Source of the DNA: Psammoneis japonica
Lineage: Eukaryota
Direction: 5' to 3'
DNA length: 35,350 nucleotides
Assembly: GCA_008632985.1 (NCBI GenBank)
Contig: QPGO01000110.1
Span: 248,001 to 283,350, forward strand
Position 1 is the stretch's first letter. Each line of letters starts with the position of its first letter. Below, piece after piece: positions 10,351 to 19,864 of this stretch. The notes below the pieces were generated by a model. It was not told the origin of the DNA and made no database searches. It saw only the letters and a list, made by a program, of their open reading frames with translations. Position numbers and translations under genes: made by a program.

Positions 10351-13300
10351 CGCCGAATGGGACACCCTGCCCCATGTCATCCTCACCGGTGATGACACAT
10401 GGGACCCTTCCGTCCTCGATCACTCTGTCACTGACGACGACCAGTGGCACGACGTGATCTCTGACCTGCAGGACGATCCCACTGCCAACCTGTTTGACGA
10501 ATGCGGCAACTGCCGTCATCGTGTCGTTGTCAATGAGACCATCTTGTCCGCTTCCTTGTCTGCCGATCACGCGTCCGCCCTCGATGATCACCTCATTCCG
10601 AACGACGACGTGTTCTGCGAGTGTCATCTGCATGCGATTGGCCCCCAGGGCGATGACGTTCCACCTCCGGAGCGCACTGCACAGCCCAAGGACCCCCCCT
10701 TCGAGTCTCTTCGGCCTCACTTTGGCTTCCTGCCTGCCGACACGGTCCGTCGTACTTTTGACTGCACCACGCAGTGCGCCCGCATGCCCGCCGGCACACA
10801 CCTTCGCAAGGCCTGCAAATCACCCAACCCCGCCCTTAATGTGCACCGCCGCAACGAGCCTGTCGCCACTGACACCGTTTGTGCCGACACCCCGGCCGTC
10901 GACTCTGGTTGCACCAGCGCCCAACTGTTTGTTGGCACCGAGTCTACCGTCACTGACGTCTGCGGCACTGAGACGGACAAAGAGTTTGTCAACACACTCG
11001 AGGATCAGATCCGTGAACGTGGTGCCCCATCCAAACTCATTGGCGACCGTGCTCAAGTTGAGATCAGCAACAAAGTGCTCGGGATCCTGCGCGCCCTCTT
11101 CATCTCTAGCTGGCAAAGTGAGCCTCACCAGCAACACCAAAACTTTGCCGAACGTCGACACCAGACCGTGAAGCGCATGGCGAACACTGTCATGGATCGT
11201 TTTGGTTCGCCCGCCCATGCATGGCTGCTGGCGCTCATGTGCGTGTGCTTCATGCTCAACCATGCAGCGTCCCCACGTCTCCACTGGCGCACGCCCCTCG
11301 AGACTCTCACTGGCTCCACCCCGGACATCAGCCCGTTGCTTCGCTTTCATTGGTGGGAACCCGTGTGCTTCCACCTCGATGACTCCGATTGGCCGTCCGA
11401 ATCCCGTGAGTTGCGTGGACGCTTCGTTGGCATTGCTGAACACGTCGGCCACCAGATGACCTTCAAGATTCTATCTGACGAGACTCAGAAGATCCTCTGC
11501 CGGTCCAACGTCCGCTCCGCTGCCCCCGATCCTGCCGTTCGAAACCTGCGTCTTGATCCTCCTGATGGGGAGCCACCTGAACCCATCATCAAATCTCGCC
11601 ATGACGACAACCCCGTCGACTCTCCTGATGGGGAGATCAGGACACCCAAGATGCCAGTTTTCGATCCGCAAGACATCATTGGACGTACCTTCCTCATGCA
11701 GCCACAAGAGGATGGACAACGCCACAGAGCTCGCATCGTCAAGGCCGTCGAAGACCACGAATGGAAAGTGAACGACAATCCCGAGCTCACTGAGTTCGTC
11801 TGCTCTGTCAACAATGACGAATACGAGGAAGTCCTTGCCTGCAATGACATCATGAATCACATTGAGCAAGAAGACGAAGACACCACTGTTTGGAAATTTC
11901 GACGCATCGTGTCGCACGAAGGACCTCTGAAGCCTCATGACCCAACCTGGAAAGGCTCAAGCTACAACATCATGCTTGAATGGGAAAGTGGGGAGATCAC
12001 GTCCGAGCCTCTTGCCATCATCGCCAAGGACGACCCCGTCACCTGTGCCATCCATGCACGAGAGAACGGACTCCTCGACACGGATGGCTGGAAGCGGTTC
12101 CGCACCATCGCGAGGCGCCAAAAGAAGCCATTTCGCATGGCCAGCCAAGCCAAGCTTCGCTCCTTCCGCACTGCACCTCGCTACAAGCATGGACACAAAG
12201 TTCCCCGGAACTACAAACACGCCATGTCACTGGACGAACGCAACGGCAACCGCAAGTGGGGAGACGCAACTAATCTCGAGATGGACCAACTCGACGAATA
12301 CGAAGTCTTCCATGACTGCGGGCCCTTCAAGTCTTCCACTCCTCCTGCGGGACACAAGAAGATCCGAGTGCACCTGGTGTGCGACGTGAAACACGACGGT
12401 CGCCACAAGGCACGACTCGTAGCCGATGGGCACCTCACAGACGCACCTGTCGACAGTGTCTGCTCCGGAGTGGTCTCCCTCCGTGGCCTTCGGCTGATGA
12501 TTTTCCTGGCCGAACTCAACGAGTTGGAGACATGGGCCACCGACATTGGCAATGCCTGCCTTGAAGCCACCACCAAGGAGAAGCTTTGCATTGCAGCTGG
12601 ACCCGAGTTTGGCAAACTCGAAGGACACATCCTTGTCATCCACAAGGCACTGCATGGACTGCGCAGCTCCGGTCTCCGCTGGCACGAGCGCTTCGCCGAC
12701 TGCCTGCGAGCTGAAGGCTTCTTCCCCTGCCGCGCCGAACCCGACATTTGGATGCGCAGGAATGGCGACCACTGTGAATGCATTGCCGTTTATGTGGATG
12801 ACCTCGCCATTGCCATGAAGGACCCTCAATCTTTCGTCGACACTCTCACGGAAAAGCACAAGTTCAAGCTCAAGGGTGCGGGACCCATTGAGTTCCATCT
12901 GGGTTGCGACTTTTCCCGGGAACCCGACGGAACCTTGTGCCTGTCTCCGCGCAAGTACATCGAGCGCATGGTCGACAGCTGTGCCCGACTGTGTGGGGAG
13001 AAACCTGCCACCAACGCCCTGTCACCTCTAGAGAAGGGTGACCACCCCGAACTGGACACTTCCGAACTGCTGGGACCCGATGGCATTCACAAGTTCCAGT
13101 CTCTTGTTGGTTCACTCCAATGGGCAGTGTCCCTTGGTCGAATTGACATTGCCACGGCCGTCATGTCACTCTCTAGCTTCCGAGCTGCGCCCCGTCAAGG
13201 CCACTTGGATCGTGCCAAACGCGTCTGTGGGCACCTCTCCAAGATGCGACACGGTGCTCTCCGCGTTCGTGCGGAAGAGCCCGACCATTCGGATCTCCCT

Positions 13301-13963
13301 GCTCCGGCCTGTGAATGGATGCATTCCGTGCATGGCGAAGCAGAAGAGATGATCCCGAAGGACGCTCCACCGCCCCTTGGCAAGTTCGTCACTGCCACCC
13401 ACTACGTCGATGCAAACTTGTGCCATTGCATGCTCACCGGACGCTCTGTCATGGGAATGCTCCACTTCCTCAACAAATTCCCGGCTGATTGGTTCTCTAA
13501 GAAACAAGCCACCGTGGAGACTGCGACCTGCGGGTCTGAATTTGTTGCCGCAAGGACTTGTGTTGAGCAGATTGTCGACCTGCGCATCACCCTGAGCTGC
13601 CTTGGCGTCCCGATCCGTAACGTTAGTTACATGTTCGGTGACAACAAGTCGGTTGTAGACAGTGCCACCATCCCGCACTCCAAGTTACACAAGCGACACA
13701 CCGCACCATCGTTGCACCGTGTGCGTGAGGCAATTGCCTCTGGTTGCCTTGAGCTCCACTTCATTGAAGGCTCCCGCAACCCTGCTGACATTCTCAGCAA
13801 GCATTGGGGTTGCTCCCAAATCTTGGACCTTCTCCGCCCCCTCATGTTCTGGAACTTCATTCCATCCGAAGTCGAATCTGTTTCTGTGGCTCCTCAAGCA
13901 AACTGGGGAGTGACAGGATTTGAACAGGATTTGGGTGCGCGCGAAGCATCGCGCGCTGTTTAG
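10334..13963 (+). pseudogene. pol: Copia pol: integrase, reverse transcriptase and RNase H (open frame, heavily Tyr to Cys/His mutated)
   Basis: Integrase VATDTV, SEPHQQHQNFAERR; RT HKARLVADG, DIGNACLEA, KALHGLRSSG, YVDDL; RNase H YVDAN, ETATCGSEF, GDNKSV, NPADILSK. Confidence 0.93.
13905..13910 (+). promoter_or_regulatory. Polypurine tract
   Basis: GGGGAG immediately 5' of the 3' LTR. Confidence 0.7.
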
Positions 13964-14186
13964 TTTACCGTGCACAGTTTTGTGTGCTTTAGTTCCGCGC
14001 GTTCACGCGCGATGTAGTTTGCTTTCGAGCCACAAGGCTCACAAGAACAATGACAGTGGCCCGATTGTGCCGACTCACACGTCTTTCGGCTCCTGTGACG
14101 GTCTCTGAGCGGAGACTCATCTGCTGTTTAGACAGCAGCAAGGAGTTGTTGTTTGAATTCTTGCCATTTGCCTTCATTTTCTGTCA
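13911..14186 (+). repeat. 3' LTR (276 bp)
   Basis: Direct repeat of 7575-7850, followed by TSD CTCAT. Confidence 0.97.
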
Positions 14187-14227
14187 CTCATCAACAACTG
14201 TCGTTAGGGTTTTCTATCCTTGGACAA

Positions 14228-15070
14228 CCCCACTTGTGCACAGATGGTCTCCAGAGACCATCTGTGCACTGTCGCCTGCACAGATGGTCTCCAGAGACCA
14301 TCTGTGCAGCTGCATTAAATTCTGCGTGTTTGCACCAGGAAAATGCACCTCCAACCCATCCGGCACGCTCGAGCAATGTTCCATGCACGAGAAAGAAATC
14401 GTTGGTGCAGGCGAACAACATCACTCTACGATGCGACTGGTGCAAAATCTACGTAAATGCACAGATGCGCTCTGGAGCATGTCTGTGCAAATTCGAGCTC
14501 GCAATTCTTGTACATAAAATGTTGCTCACGCCTGCCGGATGGGTTGGAGATGCATTTTCCTGGACGCGTTCCAGCCCCAGGTGGGAGCTCACAGCACTGA
14601 CGTGTGACAACAATGATTTTTGTCATCCGTCGCATGTTTCGTGCGCAGATTTCTGCGTGTGACATTTAAAAAAAATTGTCCAGACTCACTGTTTTGCGAA
14701 GCCCCAGACGTTTTACATGACAAATTTACAGAAACAACAATGCGCCAGTTGCATTCTTCAATGTCTGAAGAATGTAACTGGCTGAGTAAAAAATGATGCA
14801 CTTCAATCATGTGCGAGTTTGTGCGTTCGCAAAATTGCCTCATTTTCTGTTGGCGATCATTGACATTTTAAGTGCCGTGTGATTTTGCTGCGGAGCTCGC
14901 ACTCAGAAGTCTGCGGGCCCAATGTCACACGGATTCCCACCTGCGTCTGGAACGCGTCCCTGGTGCAAACACGTGGAATTTAACGCAGCTGCACAGATGG
15001 TCTCTGGAGACCATCTGTGCAGGCGACAGTGCACAGATGGTCTCTGGAGACCATCTGTGCATGAGTGGGG
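14228..15070. mobile_element. Foldback non-autonomous DNA element with ~140 bp TIRs and CCCC...GGGG ends (piggyBac-like), interrupted by a family A MITE
   Basis: Left arm 14228-~14367 is the reverse complement of ~14533-14562 plus 14963-15070. Each arm has two TGCACAGATGGTCTCnnGAGACCATCTGTGCA palindromes. Flanks ACAA and ATGA can both derive from ATAA. Confidence 0.8.
14563..14958 (+). mobile_element. Family A MITE, 396 bp
   Basis: TIR GACGCGTTCCAG..CAGGTGGGA / TCCCACCTG..CTGGAACGCGTC; 4 bp TSD CCTG. The empty site is visible in the opposite arm of the host element. Confidence 0.9.
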
Positions 15071-15186
15071 ATGAGGAGCAGGGATGAGGAAAGACAAGGA
15101 AACCAGATGAGGAAAAATTAATTGTGGCAATTTGCCGCGCAGTTGCGACTGGCATGGCCCTTTCATGTGGCGGTTGACTTGTCCAG

Positions 15187-15576
15187 GACGGGTTCCAGTC
15201 CTGGGTGGGACTCCGTGTGACATTGGGCCCGCAGAATTCTACGTGCGAGCTCCGCAGTACGAGAATTTAATTGATGGATACACTCATCTTCAACATCAAA
15301 TAAACTGCCAAGTTTGTGGTGCAATTTTGCCTCTTGCCACTCGACGTTTTTGCAAATGCGCCTGCCCTGCGCGATTCTTAAGACATTGTAGAATCGCGCT
15401 GTGACAAAAAATGTCAAAAGTTGTTGGATGGATCGCTCAATAAGTGTGCCGTAAAATGTCACAAAATGTCGAAAAAATCACGTAGAAATCTACGTGCGCG
15501 ACATACGACGTGATTCAAAAAACTGTCGATGTCACAGTTCAGTGGTGCGAGGTCCCACCTAGACCTGGAACGCGTC
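15187..15576 (-). mobile_element. Family A-related MITE, 390 bp, inverted, with a divergent interior
   Basis: Ends GACGGGTTCCAG...CTGGAACGCGTC, TSD CCAG (15183-15186, 15577-15580). The first ~70 bp are the reverse complement of the family A right end. Confidence 0.85.
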
Positions 15577-16219
15577 CCAGAGCCCATGGCTGCTGAAGCA
15601 CTTTAAACACTGCATTCAATGAGCAAGGTGGACGCTGTTGGGGACCACATTCTCGGCGCGATTGCCCCACCTCGTCGTGACCGCAGCGAAAATGCCATCG
15701 TCGGGAGACCAACAGAGAGCATGCCTTTCGTCGTTGACCACTCCTCCAAACGCTGACTTGTGACTTTTTGTTGAATGCGCATTGTCAATGTGGGGCTCCC
15801 TGAGCTTTCTCTGGACACCCGCATTGTCCATCGTCGACAACGGCTGTCACGACGAACGACGAGTTGATGATGCATGGTGCCATGGTGCTTGCGAGTGTGG
15901 TGTGTGGTGTTGTTGGCAAGTGGCGCGCGAAAAAGCAGCTCAATCGCGCCATCGGTGACGTCATAATCTACGTAGAATCTACGTAGGATCCTAGTGCAAA
16001 GATTTTTCCTTATCTTCTTCCTTTATCTTGTGCTACTGTAACCGCTTCCTTACGATAGAAAACCCTTACTATCGTGTATAAAAACAGCAACAGCAAACAT
16101 CACACTCTGCTTATTGATTATGGTCCGGTATGGTCGCGGTAGGGCTAGGGTTACATCATTCAATCATACACAGACCCCCCTTTCTGACTGTGCTGTAGCT
16201 TCTTTTTGAAAGAGTCACA

Positions 16220-17626
16220 ATGTTGCTGTCAGAACTTTCACCGCAAGTACAAGAGCTCAAGAGCAAGTTGGATGCTTTTGTGCAAGACGAATGCATACCG
16301 GCAGAAGTTGAATTCGATCGTCACGTGGACCAACGAGTTGGAGCGGATCGCTGGACAATTCAAGCCATTCCTCCGTGTGTAGAGCGTCTCAAGTCTAGAG
16401 CAAAACAGTTGGGATTATGGAACTTGTTTATTCCACCCAGTCTCATTTCGAAGATTCCTTCCGACATTGAGAAACCGTTGATGTCGCTAAGCTTTCGAGA
16501 GTACGGTATTTTATGCGAAACCATGGGACGTTCCTTTCTCGCACCCGAAGTATGCAATTGTAGTGCACCTGACACTGGAAATATGGAAGTTCTCCTTCAC
16601 TTTGGCACGAATCAACAGCAGGAATCATACCTCAAGCCGCTCTTGCAGGGAAAGATTCGATCCGCCTTTTTAATGACGGAACCAAACGTAGCGAGCAGTG
16701 ACGCTGCCAATCTACAAGAAACAAAGCTTGTCCGGGTGGAACACAAGAATGGAGAAATTGAGTACATTCTGAATGGAAGAAAATGGTGGAGTACCGGTGC
16801 TATGGATCCTAGGTGTAAGGTTGCACTCGTGGTGGCAAAGATGGACTACTCCCACCCGACTTGCACTGTCAAGCCATTGGAAAATCAGAGGCATTCAACT
16901 CAGACTGGTAAGAGAGAAACTTGGATAATGAATACATGTACTCGAATATTCATCAGCATATTTTTACTCATTCCCTGCTCCTCCCCTATTTCTTATTGCA
17001 AAGTCGTTCTTGTACCCATGAATCATCCGGGAATCAAAATGGTGCGCCCATTGACGGTTTTTGGTTACGACGATGCACCCCACGGACACGCTGAAGTGCA
17101 ACTGGAAAATATTACTCTCAAGCCGTCCGACTTGATTCATGGAGAAGGTAGTGGATTCCTTGTAGCGCAGGCTCGTTTGGGACCTGGTCGTATTCATCAT
17201 TGCATGCGGTCAATTGGCCTGGCTGCAAGATGCTACGAACTCATGCTGAGCCGGGCCATGGAACGAAGTACTTTTGGAAAACAGCTATGGCAGCACGGTT
17301 CCTGTCAAGAAGAAATTGCAAAATCCTTTTCCGACTTGGAAGCGGCGAGGCTACTGACTCTCGATTGTGCCGCCACAATGGATGCGGTGGGAGTCAAGGA
17401 GGCACGAAACAAAATTGCCAGCATCAAGGTATCGGTTCCGAGACTTGCCTTGAAAATTGTCGATCGAGCTGTACAGATTCATGGAGGAGCTGGAGTTTGT
17501 AGCGACTTTCCATTGGCTCGGGCCTTGGCAGGGTTGCGGTCGTTGCGGATTGCGGATGGACCAGATGCAGTACATTTGAGGACTGTGGCGCTATTGGAAA
17601 TGAAAAAGAAACGTAGTCGATTGTAA
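16220..17626 (+). CDS. Acyl-CoA dehydrogenase (ACAD10/ACAD11-like catalytic domain); intron 16908-17003
   Basis: Motifs NCSAPDTGNMEVL, SAFLMTEPNVASSDA, NGRKWWSTGA, GYDDAPHGHAE, AQARLGPGRIHHCMR, LRIADGPDAVH. 96 nt GTAAG...AAG intron. Confidence 0.95.
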   Translation: MLLSELSPQVQELKSKLDAFVQDECIPAEVEFDRHVDQRVGADRWTIQAIPPCVERLKSRAKQLGLWNLFIPPSLISKIPSDIEKPLMSLSFREYGILCETMGRSFLAPEVCNCSAPDTGNMEVLLHFGTNQQQESYLKPLLQGKIRSAFLMTEPNVASSDAANLQETKLVRVEHKNGEIEYILNGRKWWSTGAMDPRCKVALVVAKMDYSHPTCTVKPLENQRHSTQTGKRETWIMNTCTRIFISIFLLIPCSSPISYCKVVLVPMNHPGIKMVRPLTVFGYDDAPHGHAEVQLENITLKPSDLIHGEGSGFLVAQARLGPGRIHHCMRSIGLAARCYELMLSRAMERSTFGKQLWQHGSCQEEIAKSFSDLEAARLLTLDCAATMDAVGVKEARNKIASIKVSVPRLALKIVDRAVQIHGGAGVCSDFPLARALAGLRSLRIADGPDAVHLRTVALLEMKKKRSRL

Positions 17627-17857
17627 ATGTAAAACGAGGATTCAAACTTGTGATAAATACACACACACTCTCTCTAGTAGCTAATCTATTCCCTAGCTAG
17701 AGAGAGCTTTTTGCTACTCTACCGTAAGCATGTGTATGTGGTCCTCAGTTAGTAACCCGGAAAAGTTGTCTTGTCCACGTCATGACGATGACGCATGACG
17801 TGGATGCGAAACCGTTGTGCTCACAAAATCTCGCAACAAAAAACAAGAGGGACGAAG

Positions 17858-18367
17858 ATGAGCCGCCGAAGCAACGTCGTTATTAGTATTATCTTTTCGT
17901 TGGGGGTACTCAATGCAGTAAATGCATTTTGTGGATCTTTCCAGCGAGTGCCAAGGTCGAGTGTAGTCCAGAGGCAAATGGCCGAAGACGACGTTCTCGA
18001 TGCTGCTATTGCGGCCATGTTTGGTGGAGACGATGGCAACCAAGAACCTCCCGAGTCTACACAGATGCGAATCAAAGATTTGGTTGACGAAAATTCTGTT
18101 TTGCTTTTTATGAAGGGCAACAGAGCATTTCCGCAGTGTGGATTCTCCGATACATCCGTAAAGATACTGGAAAAGCTTGATGTTGACTTCCACCATGTTG
18201 ATGTGTTGGCAGACGAGGCGATAAGGCAAGGAATCAAAATCTTTTCGGATTGGCCTACTATTCCTCAGCTGTACATTGACGGAGAATTCATAGGGGGGTC
18301 CGATATCATGATGGAAATGTTTGAGTCCGGGGAATTGAAAAAACTTGTTGACGAGAAGGAGAAATGA
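17858..18367 (+). CDS. Monothiol CGFS glutaredoxin (Grx4/Grx5 class), probably plastid-targeted
   Basis: LFMKG..FPQCGFS, IKIFSDWPTIPQLYIDGEFIGGSDI. Signal peptide ends in VNA-F, as in the diatom ASAFAP motif, followed by a Ser/Arg-rich transit-like stretch. Confidence 0.93.
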   Translation: MSRRSNVVISIIFSLGVLNAVNAFCGSFQRVPRSSVVQRQMAEDDVLDAAIAAMFGGDDGNQEPPESTQMRIKDLVDENSVLLFMKGNRAFPQCGFSDTSVKILEKLDVDFHHVDVLADEAIRQGIKIFSDWPTIPQLYIDGEFIGGSDIMMEMFESGELKKLVDEKEK

Positions 18368-19522
18368 TCGACCTGAATCCTTCGTGTAGAAGTAAATTTA
18401 CCAAACATCATTGCAAATACCATATCAGAGGAATAGAAAATTTATGGATGCTGCATTATAGCTGTGCGAGTTGACGCCTGCTTATAGTTTTCCCAAAGAC
18501 AAGGCCCGTTAAAAGGACTGCGAACTGCTCTCTAGTAGGCAAGCCTTAGAAAATGAATAGAGTGCTTCTCGCTACTACACAGAAAAGATTAGCAGCTTTT
18601 TCTCACACGAATTATTCCTTCACCTATCGCAAGCCAGCATTACAGGCTTTTTGACTAGTCTTGTCTCATCCGTTCCTCCAAACGTCTGTTTCTGCATTTT
18701 GCATGGGTTCGAAGGAGGGCCCATGCAAATCCTGCTCTGCCAGAGTCATCTAATGTACTCATAAGCTCAATAATAACGTCGTTATAGCAGCGATAGGATG
18801 CTCAAGGCTGTTTCGACGAGGCTGGAGTAAATGTGAGGTGAAGGAGTGTTGCAGATCAACTTCCGGCTCGGTTTGCTTCTTGTGTGTTTCAAAAAAACAT
18901 GGCGAGTACACAGACACACTCGCCACTGCTTGCAACAAGTCAAGAGCTTCATCCGGTCGTGTGGGATGGCAGATAGACATTTCCATACAAGTCTTGTCGA
19001 CATGCTGCTTCTGCGTACAATGTAACGCGAGCTTGATTCAAGAGAGTCATCGTTCATAGACTGACAGCTTATGAACGCGAGTTGTTGGTTGTTGGAACAT
19101 AACTCCACTCCAGACAGTCTGAAGCTACAACAAGCAGCAGAAGATGATGGCAAGTGATCTCATGATGAAATGTGGCCCGGATTGCTGCACCTGGTGATAG
19201 CGGTGGGCACCATCGTCCGTCTCAGATAATTTGAAATTCGGGGACCGAAAAGATGCAACGAATCTCGGTTGGAATCCGGAATCCACGTTGTAGTGGATGG
19301 AGAAGTGTTGGTACAAATTCTACGAAGTCTTACGACGTTTTGAAATTTTGCCGGCAAAGTAACTGAAGCGCGAAGGAAATCAAATCTGCGCGCAAAGCGC
19401 GCGCCCGAGTTCAAATTGCAATAGGAATCATTCGGGTCCTCAGAGTCATCACGTAGAAATTGTGTAGGACAGTACCAAAAATAATTATAATGAGTCTGTC
19501 CATCAGTCCGTATATGAATATC

Positions 19523-19633
19523 AACTTCTCGGGAAATCAATTGAAATGCTATCTGATCGACGGTATTTTGATTCACATAGTGAAGGCCAATACCGTCGAT
19601 CAGATAGCATTTCAATTCAGTTCCCGAAAAGTT
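19523..19633. repeat. Inverted repeat/hairpin (~45 bp stem with 29 bp perfect core, 21 nt loop)
   Basis: AATTGAAATGCTATCTGATCGACGGTATT (19539-19567) and its exact reverse complement (19589-19617), extending outward with few mismatches. Confidence 0.9.
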
Positions 19634-19864
19634 ATTACTAGCTCTAATCACTCTCTCGTATGACATTGTGTACATTTCTACACAATTTTGTGTTTTTCCC
19701 TATGTAAAATATTAATTATGACTCATGCGACATTTTCGAATGATTCCTATTGCGACGGCCGGCTTCAGGCTGTTATTGCCGCAGGTGATGGCAATGACAT
19801 CCACCCCAAATCGCTGCCCACTTGTCGTTTCTTTTGCATACCGCTATCTTAAAACTCATCCGTA

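Larger units (their letters stand above)
7575..14186 (+). mobile_element. Ty1/copia LTR retrotransposon (diatom CoDi-like), internally deleted and hypermutated
   Basis: 276 bp TG...CA LTRs, perfect 5 bp TSD CTCAT (7570-7574, 14187-14191), gag, then integrase-RT-RNase H order, and a purine tract before the 3' LTR. Confidence 0.97.

Noticed and set aside
8794..13963. Alternative genetic code (TGY/CAY read as Tyr)
   Set aside because: Neighbouring host genes use Tyr, Cys and His normally, and non-coding DNA shows the same change.
7575..14186. Classical RIP (CA to TA in the 5' LTR), 5mC deamination or ADAR editing as the cause of the LTR differences
   Set aside because: Tyr to Cys/His in conserved motifs shows TA is ancestral. 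CpGs are unchanged between the LTRs. Both strands, TSDs and DNA elements are affected after insertion.
14236..14310. CRISPR-like palindromic direct repeats
   Set aside because: Only two units per arm with a spacer of a few bases, mirrored in a foldback element. Eukaryotic context and no cas genes.
16058..16153. Telobox-like AAAACCCTTA and AGGGCTAGGGTTA upstream of ACAD
   Set aside because: Short and imperfect, so could be chance.
19160..19675. 171 aa minus-strand ORF and short ORFs in 18750-19700
   Set aside because: No recognisable domain. Part of the peptide is mirrored on both strands because of the hairpin.
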